Below, one piece after another: positions 46,667 to 56,094 of a stretch of 64,000 bases of DNA. Position 1 is the stretch's first letter; each line of letters starts with the position of its first letter. Source of the stretch: Clostridia bacterium (GTDB lineage Bacteria > Bacillota > Clostridia > UMGS1883 > UMGS1540); contig JAFZQX010000010.1 of assembly GCA_017620205.1 (NCBI GenBank), forward strand, positions 5,534-69,533, read 5' to 3'. The position numbers and the translations under genes were made by a program. The notes under the pieces are model-generated. The model was given only the letters and a program-made list of their open reading frames with translations, was not told the origin of the DNA and did not search any database.

Positions 46667-48031
46667 ATGAAGAATTCGGACTACTCAAAGGTGACACCGG
46701 ACGTTGTATCCCTTGCGGATAAATGTCTCGGCAACACAAACATAGATCAAGAGCTTTATACAAAACTCGATGTAAAACGCGGCCTGCGCGATTTAGACGG
46801 ACGCGGCGTTTTAACCGGCCTTACCGAAATTTCAACCATAAATTCGATGAAAGAGGAAGGTGGCAAAAGAGTTCCCTGCGAAGGCGAGCTTTTTTACAGA
46901 GGAATTAATATAAAAGACTTAGTCGGCGGCTTTTTAAAGGAAGACAGGTTCGGTTTTGAAGAAACCATATACCTGCTTCTTTTTGGCGATTTGCCAAAAA
47001 AAGAAGAACTTGAAGCTTTTAAAAAGCTTTTATACGGCTACCGTTCTCTGCCTACAAACTTTAACCGCGATGTTATTATGAAAGCGCCGAATAAGGATAT
47101 AATGAATTCAATGGCGCGAAGTGTTTTAACTCTCGCGTCTTATGACTCAAACGCAAACGATACGAGCATCCCTAATGTTTTAAGGCAGAGCATTCAGCTT
47201 ATAGCAAACTTCTCATCGCTCGCCGTTTATGCGTATCATGCTTACCGCCATTATATCTTAAACAAAGGCCTTTATATTCACAGACCGAGCCACAGGCTCT
47301 CAATGGCTGAAAACTTTTTGAGAATGCTTCGAAACGATAAAGAGTTTACTCCGCTTGAGGCAAAGCTTTTAGACGTTTCTCTTGTTATCCATGCGGAGCA
47401 CGGCGGCGGTAATAACTCAACCTTTACAACGCACGTTGTAACGTCCTCGGGAACAGACACTTATTCGTCCGTCGCGGCGTCGCTCTGCTCTTTAAAGGGC
47501 CCGAAACACGGCGGCGCAAACATTAAAGTCAGGACGATGTTTGAAGATATAAAAGAGCATATTTCGAAAAAACGGACAGAAAGTGAAATCCGCGATCATT
47601 TATCAAAGATTTTAAACAAAGAAGCAAACGACAAAACGGGACTTATCTACGGTATGGGTCACGCCGTATATTCGCTTTCAGACCCGCGTGCGGAGCTTTT
47701 CAAAGACATTACCGAAAAGCTTGCAATTGAAAAGGGAATGGAAGATGAGTTTGCGTTCTATGAAACGGTTGAGCGCGTCGGAATAGAGCTTATACTTGAA
47801 AAACGCAAGATTTACAAAGGCGTCTGCACAAACATAGATTTTTACAGCGGCCTTGCTTATACAATGCTTGATATTCCCGACGAGCTTTTCACGCCGCTTT
47901 TCGCTGTTGCGAGAATCGCAGGCTGGTCGGCGCACAGACTTGAAGAGCTTATAAACGGCAGTAAGATAATAAGACCGGCGTATCAGTCTGTTGCGGAAGA
48001 AAGACCGTATATTCCGCTTAATAAAAGATAA
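46667..48031 (+). CDS. gltA: Citrate synthase
   Basis: 454 aa. Catalytic His in HAEHGGGNNSTFT, plus a GHAVY-type motif. Confidence 0.8.
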   Translation: MKNSDYSKVTPDVVSLADKCLGNTNIDQELYTKLDVKRGLRDLDGRGVLTGLTEISTINSMKEEGGKRVPCEGELFYRGINIKDLVGGFLKEDRFGFEETIYLLLFGDLPKKEELEAFKKLLYGYRSLPTNFNRDVIMKAPNKDIMNSMARSVLTLASYDSNANDTSIPNVLRQSIQLIANFSSLAVYAYHAYRHYILNKGLYIHRPSHRLSMAENFLRMLRNDKEFTPLEAKLLDVSLVIHAEHGGGNNSTFTTHVVTSSGTDTYSSVAASLCSLKGPKHGGANIKVRTMFEDIKEHISKKRTESEIRDHLSKILNKEANDKTGLIYGMGHAVYSLSDPRAELFKDITEKLAIEKGMEDEFAFYETVERVGIELILEKRKIYKGVCTNIDFYSGLAYTMLDIPDELFTPLFAVARIAGWSAHRLEELINGSKIIRPAYQSVAEERPYIPLNKR

Positions 48032-48062
48032 ATAATAAATTATAATGCAGAATGCAGAAATA

Positions 48063-48090
48063 AAAAAAGAGCTGTGACGTGTGTCACAGC
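48063..48090 (+). terminator. Terminator after citrate synthase
   Basis: aaaaaaagagctgtgac-gtgt-gtcacagc. Confidence 0.5.
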
Positions 48091-48180
48091 ACAGATTGAT
48101 GACAAACTCGGTCTACCGCAAGGGGAACGTATTTTGTCAGTATTATAAAAAAAACAAGCATAATTATTTACCTTAAAAAA

Positions 48181-48226
48181 CCAGCCATAAGGGATTATCA
48201 AAATCCCTTATGGCTGCTTGCTTTCC
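48181..48226 (-). terminator. Terminator for the minus-strand lipoprotein gene
   Basis: 13-bp stem cagccataaggga-ttatcaaaa-tcccttatggctg, followed on the minus strand by TTTTTT. Confidence 0.55.
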
Positions 48227-48320
48227 GTGAATTCAAACATAGGGCTAAAGGGTCAAAAGCTTTGCTGATAAGGTTTAGAATGGTATAGAGGCAACATGGT
48301 GTTTCAATAATAAAAAGGCA

Positions 48321-48974
48321 CTATTCATAATAGAATTCCAGATATTTAACTATTGAATCAGGTCCTAGGCTAAGTCCGTACATTTGATTGTCTTCTTCCG
48401 AAACTAAGATTTTGTTAACCGTCCCTATTATGGTCATCATACATCCTGAAAACTCCGAATCTCCTACTCTTGATGGCTTCTTTGAAAAATCTATTGGAGG
48501 ATGAGTGTAGAATGTAGATTCATAATCGCCCGGACTAATCTGATCAGCTTCTATTTCAAAAAAACTATTTGGATTTGTTTTATTCTTGATAGAGATTCTT
48601 ATACCAGCATGTGCCCAAATACCCGAATCGTTTCCTCCGACTTTTATTATTCCGTCTCTTGAACTATATGTATTTGCCGGTCCAGACACACTAACAAAAT
48701 CCCCGACTTTGATACTACCTATGTTATTGTCATCAACAATAATTGGCTCTAATGTGTTATCGTTATAATTTTCAGTTGCAGAAACGGTTTCAAGAGTATC
48801 ATTAGATATCGCTTTATTACCTTCATAACCCTCTTGTGCTGTTGTTTCGGACACTTCTTCTTTAGAGGTATTATTTATCGGAGCTTTAATTCCTGTACAA
48901 CCTACAATTGATAAACATAAAAAACCTAATATAATTAATAGTACACAGAATTTCAAAACTTTATTCTTTTTCAT
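48321..48974 (-). CDS. Hypothetical lipoprotein (AT-rich gene)
   Basis: Lipobox LSIVGCTG. No recognisable domain. Strongly AT-biased codon usage. Confidence 0.4.
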   Translation of the reverse strand: MKKNKVLKFCVLLIILGFLCLSIVGCTGIKAPINNTSKEEVSETTAQEGYEGNKAISNDTLETVSATENYNDNTLEPIIVDDNNIGSIKVGDFVSVSGPANTYSSRDGIIKVGGNDSGIWAHAGIRISIKNKTNPNSFFEIEADQISPGDYESTFYTHPPIDFSKKPSRVGDSEFSGCMMTIIGTVNKILVSEEDNQMYGLSLGPDSIVKYLEFYYE

Positions 48975-49017
48975 TTATATGTTCTCCATACAATCAAATA
49001 TACCATGCCTATGTTTT

Positions 49018-49503
49018 TTATTCGTCGTCTACCTTTTTTATAAACCCACCGCTGCTGTAGTAAAGACCCGTGTGCGGTGAAAAGTATTTGTAATCGCCGT
49101 CTTCTTGGTGGTCAACAAGACCGTACATATGCGTATACCCGTCCTGCTCACAAAGCCATTCCTCCGCGCTTATTATATTGTCTGTATCATAGATGGGAAC
49201 GCCTTTTTCAAAAGCTTCGCCGTCCGCCCATACCTGCCTGTACTGCAAATGTCCCGTAGGGTTAAATTTGCAGCCGACAGGTCTTGACGCGAAATAACTG
49301 TTTCGCGTGTGTGTACCGTCGTGATTATTTATATAATCCATTGTTAAAACTCCGCTGTCGTTATATACTTCCATTTTCTCCCACTCGCCTTCGGTGCCGC
49401 TTGAGTTTACGGAAAGCAGCTCCGCTTCCGCGAAAACCGCGCAGGGGATAAGCGTTATTGTAAGACCTAAGCAAATGAGAAATGAGAGTATTTTCTTTTT
49501 CAT
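49018..49503 (-). CDS. Hypothetical secreted protein
   Basis: Signal peptide (MKKKILSFLICLGLTITLIPCAVFA). Confidence 0.4.
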   Translation of the reverse strand: MKKKILSFLICLGLTITLIPCAVFAEAELLSVNSSGTEGEWEKMEVYNDSGVLTMDYINNHDGTHTRNSYFASRPVGCKFNPTGHLQYRQVWADGEAFEKGVPIYDTDNIISAEEWLCEQDGYTHMYGLVDHQEDGDYKYFSPHTGLYYSSGGFIKKVDDE

Positions 49504-49505
49504 GA

Positions 49506-50420
49506 TCAGTCCTCCGCGTCATCTTCTATGTCAATAGGCATCTCAGGCTCTTTCGGTTTTATTTCCGTCGCCAAAATCGCCATGGCATTATCTCTTTGGT
49601 ATGCCGAATCCTCTTTATATTGCTGCATATACATAAACAAATCGGGATTATCGCTACCGTTTTTGAGATTTTCGCCCATTTCGTACATTGTGCACGTTGC
49701 GTAGCGTGAGTTTACTGCCGCCCACCAAAGCTCCATAGAGCTTTCGGAAAACGCGGCGGGCTCGGTATAGTCTTTATATTTATCCATGAGCTCTTTTAAG
49801 CTGTCGGTATATTCTTTTACGTCGCTCATCAGCTTTTTGTCATATTCGCCTGAGATGAGCATTGCCTCTATTCTTATTCTCTCGTAATCTCCGCGGACTA
49901 TTTCAGCCATAATTTCATAAAAAGTATTGATATATTCGGAATCTTTTCCCGAGAGAGGAGCTTTGCCGTAGAAAATATATGCTTCTTTCTTTTGATCGTC
50001 ATACCCCAAAGTATTCAGTATATTTATGTCTCTGAGCTTTACGGCGCATCTGCCGCCGATGTTTACGGAGGGCACATATCTGCCTTCAAAATAAACCTTT
50101 ATATCAGAGGGATAAGTACCGAAGCGAATCATACCTACTTCATGCGGCGGATAATACTGCGGCGCGTGCGGAGAAACTTTTTTATCGGGATCATGGGTGA
50201 TTTTAACGGTTCGCGTGTCACCGTTCCAGTCTATATCAAAGCCATAGTCTTCAAGGTCCCGCACCAAAACGGCGGAATAGCCGTCAAGGTTATAGGAAGG
50301 CACCCAGATATAGTCTATGAAAACCTTTATATCTGATATATATATATTGCCGCCGTCGGCATAAGTATTAAATGACAAAAGAAATAAAAGCGCCAAAAAA
50401 ACGGCAAGAATTTTCTTCAT
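49506..50420 (-). CDS. Secreted protein with two copper-amine-oxidase N-terminal-like domains
   Basis: Start at MKKILAVFLALLF. Repeats DIKVFIDYIWVPSYNLDGYSAVLVRDLEDYGFDIDWNGDTRTVKI and DIKVYFEGRYVPSVNIGGRCAVKLRDINIL. Confidence 0.45.
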   Translation of the reverse strand: MKKILAVFLALLFLLSFNTYADGGNIYISDIKVFIDYIWVPSYNLDGYSAVLVRDLEDYGFDIDWNGDTRTVKITHDPDKKVSPHAPQYYPPHEVGMIRFGTYPSDIKVYFEGRYVPSVNIGGRCAVKLRDINILNTLGYDDQKKEAYIFYGKAPLSGKDSEYINTFYEIMAEIVRGDYERIRIEAMLISGEYDKKLMSDVKEYTDSLKELMDKYKDYTEPAAFSESSMELWWAAVNSRYATCTMYEMGENLKNGSDNPDLFMYMQQYKEDSAYQRDNAMAILATEIKPKEPEMPIDIEDDAED

Positions 50421-50573
50421 AAATAAGCATCTCCTTTCAAGAAGCATTAAAAAGAAAAAGAGAGGGCGGGCAAAGACGGTATGTAAATCATAGAAGTGAT
50501 TTAAACAGCCGACATTTGCCGCACTCCCTCTCGATGGTTTTCGCGTACTCTGTTATATCCTCAAAGTGAGAGA

Positions 50574-50843
50574 TTATTTCAGGTCAGCGAAGCATTCACT
50601 GCAATAGATCGGTCTATCGTTCTTCGGAACGAAAGGCACTTTTGCTTCTTTGCCGCAGTTAGCGCAAATAGCAGTATGCATTTCACGGCTGTCGCGAATT
50701 GCCTGCTTTTTCGCAGCGCGGCACTCTTTGCAGCGAAGCGGTTCGTTTTGGAAGCCTTTTTCTGCGTAGAATTCCTGTTCACCGGCTGTGAAAACAAATT
50801 CTTTACCGCAGTCTTTGCAGACCAAAGTCTTGTCTTCGAACAT
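50574..50843 (-). CDS. Double zinc-ribbon protein
   Basis: 89 aa with CKDCGK...CKECR and CANCGK...CSECF. Confidence 0.45.
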   Translation of the reverse strand: MFEDKTLVCKDCGKEFVFTAGEQEFYAEKGFQNEPLRCKECRAAKKQAIRDSREMHTAICANCGKEAKVPFVPKNDRPIYCSECFADLK

Positions 50844-50962
50844 AAGTTTTATCCCTCCACTTTGAAATTTGAACCCTTATCGGCTGTGAACCGAACCTTT
50901 ATCAGGCGCTCCTTTGAGCTGCAGGGCATATAAACTGATTTCTGCCGCCTTTTGCGGACATT

Positions 50963-51036
50963 TGGAGCGGGCAACGGGGATCGAACCCGCATAACCGGCT
51001 TGGGAAGCCGGGACTCTGCCATTGAGTTATGCCCGC
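50963..51036 (-). tRNA. tRNA-Gly: tRNA-Gly (anticodon CCC), CCA encoded
   Basis: Minus strand reads GCGGGCATAACTCAATGGCAGAGTCCCGGCTTCCCAAGCCGGTTATGCGGGTTCGATCCCCGTTGCCCGCTCCA. Confidence 0.8.
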
Positions 51037-51663
51037 TTAGCGCATTTTGTCTATCTTTTTCTTAATGCGTTGAAGCGCATTGTCAATGGACTTGGGTTCC
51101 CTGCCCAAAATATCTCCTATTTCCTGATAAGATTTACCCTGCAAATAATATGAAAGGACATCGCGTTCAAAACAGCTTAGCATCTTTTGCATTTTTTGTT
51201 CAATATCTTCGTATTGTTCGCGGTTTATCATGATCTCTTCCGGGTTTACAACCTTTGCTTCTTCTCCCAGAATATCCATAAGCGTCATTTCGTATTCTTC
51301 GTCATAAAGAGGTCTGTTTAAGGAAATATAGGTATTCAGCGGCATGTGCTTCTGGCGCGTTGCCGTTTTTATAGCCGTAATCATCTGGCGCGTTATGCAA
51401 AGCTCTGCAAAGCTGCGAAAGCCCGCGTGCTTGTCCGCCTTATAATCGCGCACGGCTTTAAAAAGACCTATCATACCTTCCTGAACAATATCTTCATGGT
51501 CTGCGCCTATGAGGAAATAAGTTCTTGCGCGCTTTAGTACCGCCTTTCTGTATTTTTTGAGGAGGTAATCAAGAGCTAAATCGTTACCTTCCTGCGAAAG
51601 AGATACCAAAGCTTCATCGTCAAGGTCATCAAAATGTGACTTGCTGTCTAAATCATAATTCAA
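51037..51663 (-). CDS. sigH: RNA polymerase sporulation sigma factor SigH (Spo0H)
   Basis: Near-identity to the SigH consensus through regions 2-4 (FLIGADHEDIVQEGMIGLFKAVRDYK...FAELCITRQMITAIKTATRQKH...SIDNALQRIKKK). Confidence 0.85.
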   Translation of the reverse strand: MNYDLDSKSHFDDLDDEALVSLSQEGNDLALDYLLKKYRKAVLKRARTYFLIGADHEDIVQEGMIGLFKAVRDYKADKHAGFRSFAELCITRQMITAIKTATRQKHMPLNTYISLNRPLYDEEYEMTLMDILGEEAKVVNPEEIMINREQYEDIEQKMQKMLSCFERDVLSYYLQGKSYQEIGDILGREPKSIDNALQRIKKKIDKMR

Positions 51664-51948
51664 AACAAAACTCCTCCTGACCTTTACGACTTTTTATATT
51701 ATACTAAAAAAACGCGCATTTGTCAAGTTTTTGGCGTAAAAATATGAATTTAGACAAACGGAGGCTCGGTTTTTTGGATATATTTAATAATTCGACAAAT
51801 AAAAAAGCTTCCGCGCGTGTTTTTATGCGCGGAAGCCGTTGCATACAACTAAAGCCGGATTGTATTTTTAATTCAAAGATGTTTAGTTACTTTCGGGATT
51901 CGGATTGTCCGTTCTGTGCTATATTGAGACATTATTGTCTGTATGATA

Positions 51949-53034
51949 TTATTTTACGAGAAGCATCTCCTCGAGTTTGTATTTTTCTGCGATTCTCTGA
52001 AGTGTTCCGTCTTTCGCAAGTTCGTTGATAGTAGCGTTTACTTTTTCTGTAACGTCACTGCCTTTTCTGAATGCTATGCCGTATTCTTCGGGTTCAAAAT
52101 CTTCTGTTTCAACAATTGCGAGGTTTTTAAAGTCTGTGCATTCGACGAGAAAACCAATAGTTAGAACATAGTCAACTACTGCTATGTCTGCCGTGCCGGA
52201 CTTAACTTTCAGTAATGCTGTTGACTGAGAGTTTACAGGTATAAACTCTGCATTTGCAAAAAACGCGTCCCCGTTTATGAGATCTTCGCCGCCAGAACCC
52301 TTTTCTGCAACTACTCTAGCACCGTCAACACCGTTTAAATATTTTTTTACATCTTCTTTTTTTGTGATGAGAACCTGTTTGTTACCCATGTAGGGAATGG
52401 AAATGCTCATGCTTTCTTTTCTTTCGTCTGTAATGCACATGGCATTCCATATGCAGTCAATCGATTTTGAGTTAAGTTCGTTTTGTTTGTTATCCCAATC
52501 AATTTCGGCAAACTCAATTGCAACACCGAGCTTTTCACAAACAGCTGTTGCAAAATCTGTTTCAAAACCAGTCCATTCGCCGCTTCCATCTTTAAAGTTC
52601 ATTGGCAAAAATTCAGTAATACCTATTACCATTTTGCCCTTTGATTTGATGTAATCGAAGTCACTTTCATAAAATCCGTTAAAGGAGGGATAATCATACC
52701 AGCCTACAGAAAGGTAAGACTGCAGTTGCCAAAGCGGAATTGTTGCCGTTCTGCCGTCGGGCGCGTAAATGGTCGTTGTTTTTCTTCCGTCATACCAGCC
52801 TACGGATTCCCAACGCGAAACGTCATAATCTGCAACTACAATACATCTGCCGTCTGGAGCGTACATGGAAACTACGGGATAGCTGTACCAGCCGACAGCT
52901 TCATATGAGCTTACCGCCCAATCGTCAACCCAAGCAGATCTGCCATCGGGCGCATAAATTGTTGCGGCGAATGCGTTAGTGCTTAAAACTGTAAAAACCA
53001 AGATGAGGGCAAGTGCTTTTGTGGATTTTTCCAT
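51949..53034 (-). CDS. Amino-acid ABC transporter substrate-binding protein (family 3) with an N-terminal triple roughly 30-aa repeat module
   Basis: Signal peptide, then 3 repeats of IYAPDGR...W..VGWY, then an SBP_bac_3 domain highly similar to the SBP at 56095. Confidence 0.6.
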   Translation of the reverse strand: MEKSTKALALILVFTVLSTNAFAATIYAPDGRSAWVDDWAVSSYEAVGWYSYPVVSMYAPDGRCIVVADYDVSRWESVGWYDGRKTTTIYAPDGRTATIPLWQLQSYLSVGWYDYPSFNGFYESDFDYIKSKGKMVIGITEFLPMNFKDGSGEWTGFETDFATAVCEKLGVAIEFAEIDWDNKQNELNSKSIDCIWNAMCITDERKESMSISIPYMGNKQVLITKKEDVKKYLNGVDGARVVAEKGSGGEDLINGDAFFANAEFIPVNSQSTALLKVKSGTADIAVVDYVLTIGFLVECTDFKNLAIVETEDFEPEEYGIAFRKGSDVTEKVNATINELAKDGTLQRIAEKYKLEEMLLVK

Positions 53035-53124
53035 AAAACATCCTCCTGTGATTTGATTTTATATACATTATATACTAAAAAATAAAATATGTCAATTGAA
53101 AACAGCATCAGCCTGAAAAAATGA

Positions 53125-53153
53125 TTGACAAAAAAATAATTATCGCGTATAAT
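53125..53153 (+). promoter_or_regulatory. Consensus sigma-A promoter TTGACA-17-TATAAT for the riboswitch-ribU unit
   Basis: attgacaaaaaaataattatcgcgtataat. Confidence 0.6.
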
Positions 53154-53159
53154 ATACCA

Positions 53160-53349
53160 TAGATTTCAGGGCGGGGTGCAATTCCCCACCGGTGGTAAAG
53201 CCCACGAAGGATTTCCAAAAATCCCCGATCCGGTGTAATTCCGGAGCCGACGGTGATGGCAAAGCTTTTGTCAAAGTCCGGATGAGAGAAGTCGATATGG
53301 TGTTATATTGTCACGCCCTGAGAAGATTTATTTGAAAGGGTGTTTTTTT
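53160..53349 (+). ncRNA. FMN riboswitch (RFN element) with intrinsic terminator overlapping the ribU start
   Basis: TTCAGGGCGGGGTGCAATTCCCCACCGGTGGTAAAGCCCACGA...CCGGTGTAATTCCGGAGCCGACGGTGA...AAAGTCCGGATGAGAGAAG matches the RFN consensus. The terminator acgccct..agggtgtTTTTTTT spans 53313-53349. Confidence 0.85.
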
Positions 53350-53904
53350 ATGCAGAAAACAGATTCAACAAAAGCAATAGTAAGAATAGGCATTTTAGCG
53401 GCTATAGCCGTTGTGCTTCAGTATCTCGGCTCTTTTATGGGTATTAAAGTCGGCGGCTTTTTAGACGTTGAGCTTTCGGATTATCCCGCGATCCTCGGCG
53501 CTCTCGCAATTGGTCCTATGGCGGGCGTTTTAATAGAGCTTATCAAAAACATATTGCATCTTGCGATTTCGCATACAGGTTTTATCGGAGAGCTTGCAAA
53601 TTTCGTTATAAACGGTGTGTTTGTTCTTGTAATAGGACTTGTTTATAAGAAATATAAAACGAAAAAAGGCGCAATCGGCGCGCTTCTGGCGGGCACAATT
53701 GTTATGTGCATAGTGGGCTTTTTTGCAAACGTATATGTAATGCTTCCGTTTTACGCAAAATTTATGCCGGCGCTTGAAGAGATGTCTGTGCGTCTCAATA
53801 TGGCATCAACGCTTATAACGCCTTTTAACTTTGTAAAAGGAATTGTTTTAGGTCTTATAACTCTCTTTTCTTACAAACCGTTATCACCGATTTTGCATAA
53901 ATAA
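53350..53904 (+). CDS. ribU: Riboflavin transporter (ECF S-component RibU/FmnP-like)
   Basis: About 185-aa 5-6 TM protein directly downstream of the FMN riboswitch. Start at MQKTDST, with RBS GAAAGGG upstream. Confidence 0.7.
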   Translation: MQKTDSTKAIVRIGILAAIAVVLQYLGSFMGIKVGGFLDVELSDYPAILGALAIGPMAGVLIELIKNILHLAISHTGFIGELANFVINGVFVLVIGLVYKKYKTKKGAIGALLAGTIVMCIVGFFANVYVMLPFYAKFMPALEEMSVRLNMASTLITPFNFVKGIVLGLITLFSYKPLSPILHK

Positions 53905-53955
53905 TTGACAAAAAAGCAAAGCTATTATAAAATCAGACAGACAGGAGTTGATTAT

Positions 53956-54267
53956 GTGGCTGAAAAGATTAATACGCAGGAATTTGAAAAGATAGTAGGA
54001 GAAGGCAGCGCAGTGCTCATAGACTTTTATGCCGACTGGTGCGGTCCTTGCAAAATGATGGCGCCCGTTTTGGAGCAGGTTGCCTTAGAAAACAGCGACA
54101 AGTGCAAGTTTTTCAAGGTAAATATAGACGAAGAAGGACCTTTGGCCGTAGCGCTCGGTATTATGAGCATTCCTACGCTGATTCTTTTTAAAGACGGCAA
54201 AGAGGCGAAAAGACAAATAGGACTTTTGAATAAAACGGAACTTTCGGAGATGATTAAAAGTTTATGA
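53956..54267 (+). CDS. trxA: Thioredoxin
   Basis: WCGPCK active site. GTG start 8 nt after AGGAG. Own promoter TTGACA-17-TAAAAT at 53905-53933. Confidence 0.8.
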   Translation: MAEKINTQEFEKIVGEGSAVLIDFYADWCGPCKMMAPVLEQVALENSDKCKFFKVNIDEEGPLAVALGIMSIPTLILFKDGKEAKRQIGLLNKTELSEMIKSL

Positions 54268-55256
54268 GTGAAACGGGTAATTGGCTCAGAGTAGGGATTT
54301 ACACAACTCCCGAAGGCATAGAACCGCTTTTCGGCGCGCTGCTTTCGGCGGGCATAGAGGGTGCGGAGATCTGCGATGAAGGCGACTTTTTAAGCTTTCT
54401 CGAAAACAACCGTTCAAAGTGGGACTATGTTGACGATGAGGTTTTAAAAGAGAAAAAAACGCAGACGCATATAAACGTTTTCCTGCGCGACGATGAAACC
54501 GGCGGGGAGCAGCTCGAAACAGTAAAGAAATGCATTGAAAAGCTGAAAAACACCGATATCGGCGTAGATATGGGCGACCTTACTTTAAAGTTTGACGATG
54601 TGCCCGAAAACCTTTGGTTTGAAAAGTGGAAAAAATATTATGTTCCGATTGAAGTGGGGAAAAGCATTCTAATCGTGCCCGAATGGGAAAAATCTCCCGA
54701 AACCGAGCGCAAGGTTATGAAGATAAACCCCGGTATGCTTTTCGGCACGGGCAGTCATAACACAACGCGCCTTTGTATGGAAACGCTTGAAAAAATTATA
54801 AAAGGCGGCGAGGAAGTTCTCGATATCGGCTGCGGCAGCGGTATTTTATCTATTCTTTCGCTTATACTCGGCGCGGGCTTTGCAAGCGCCGTTGATATTG
54901 ACCCCGCGGCGGAACACGTGGCATACGAAAACGCGGCACTAAACAATATTTTCAAAGACAAATATTTTGTCACAAGCGGCAATATTTTGGAAGAAAACCC
55001 GTTTGAGGGAACGCCTTATAATAAGGAATACGACATAGTTGTCGCAAATATTGTGGCGGACGTTATAATTCCGCTTTCTTCTATTGTATCAAAGTTTATG
55101 AAGGACGGCGCATACTTTATGTGCTCGGGCATAATAGAGCACAGGGTAGACGATGTTTTAAAAGCGCTTTCCGAAAACGGCTTTGAAATAATAGAAAAGA
55201 ACAAAGACGGCGAATGGTTTGAAATGCTGACGAGACGAAACGGCGGTGACAAATAA
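54264..55256 (+). CDS. prmA: Ribosomal protein L11 methyltransferase
   Basis: GTGSHNTTRLCMETLE and LDIGCGSGILSI motifs. Confidence 0.8.
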   Translation: MSETGNWLRVGIYTTPEGIEPLFGALLSAGIEGAEICDEGDFLSFLENNRSKWDYVDDEVLKEKKTQTHINVFLRDDETGGEQLETVKKCIEKLKNTDIGVDMGDLTLKFDDVPENLWFEKWKKYYVPIEVGKSILIVPEWEKSPETERKVMKINPGMLFGTGSHNTTRLCMETLEKIIKGGEEVLDIGCGSGILSILSLILGAGFASAVDIDPAAEHVAYENAALNNIFKDKYFVTSGNILEENPFEGTPYNKEYDIVVANIVADVIIPLSSIVSKFMKDGAYFMCSGIIEHRVDDVLKALSENGFEIIEKNKDGEWFEMLTRRNGGDK

Positions 55257-55969
55257 TGCCGAGATTTTTTGTACCCAAAGATAATATCAGCGATCATAAA
55301 ATTACAATTTGCGGCGAGGACGTTTTACATATAGGAAAAGTTCTGCGCCTTCGTAAAGGCGATGAAATCACGGTTTGCGACGGGGCGGGGACGGACTACG
55401 AATGCGCGATAGATGCCGTTTCCAAAAAGGAAGTTATAGTAAGTATTATGTCAAGCAGTCAAAACGTCTGCGAAGACGGTGTGAAAATAACGCTTTATCA
55501 GAGCCTTCCGAAAGCCTCGAAAATGGATTTTGTAATACAAAAATGCGTTGAGCTCGGCATAGACGCTTTTACGCCTTTTATAAGCGCGCGAAGCGTAGCG
55601 AAGGGCGATAAAAGCGGAAGATACAGAAAAATTTCTCTTGAAGCCGCGAAGCAGTGCGGCAGGGGATGTGTTCCGTCTGTTTCTGATATAACGGATTTTG
55701 ACGGCGCCCTAAAATCCCTTATGGAAAACGAGCTTGCTATTTTTGCTTACGAAGAAGAAAAAGACATTGCCTTAAAAAGCGTTTTAAAGGAAAAAACACC
55801 TAAAAGCATAGGCATTATGATAGGCCCCGAGGGCGGCTTTGCTCCCGAAGAGGCGGAAAAAGCAAAAGCGGCGGGCGCTCTCTGCGTTACGCTGGGCAAA
55901 CGTATTCTCAGAACGGAGACGGCGGGCATGGTAGTTCTTGCCCAAACCGTATATGAGCTCGGATTATAA
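55256..55969 (+). CDS. rsmE: 16S rRNA (uracil1498-N3)-methyltransferase
   Basis: PUA-like N-terminus and SPOUT C-terminus (IGPEGGFAPEE). Confidence 0.8.
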   Translation: MPRFFVPKDNISDHKITICGEDVLHIGKVLRLRKGDEITVCDGAGTDYECAIDAVSKKEVIVSIMSSSQNVCEDGVKITLYQSLPKASKMDFVIQKCVELGIDAFTPFISARSVAKGDKSGRYRKISLEAAKQCGRGCVPSVSDITDFDGALKSLMENELAIFAYEEEKDIALKSVLKEKTPKSIGIMIGPEGGFAPEEAEKAKAAGALCVTLGKRILRTETAGMVVLAQTVYELGL

Positions 55970-55982
55970 AAAAACAAAGAGC

Positions 55983-56027
55983 AGATGTATTAAAAAAAAT
56001 ATGCATCTGCTCTTGAATTTATTTGGG
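55983..56027 (+). terminator. Terminator after rsmE
   Basis: agagcagatg-N16-catctgctct followed by a T-rich tract. Confidence 0.5.
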
Positions 56028-56094
56028 TAAAGTGATATAATATATTCAATATGGTTCCCAAACCGGAACTAATAAAAATCAAAGGAGAAAAAAC

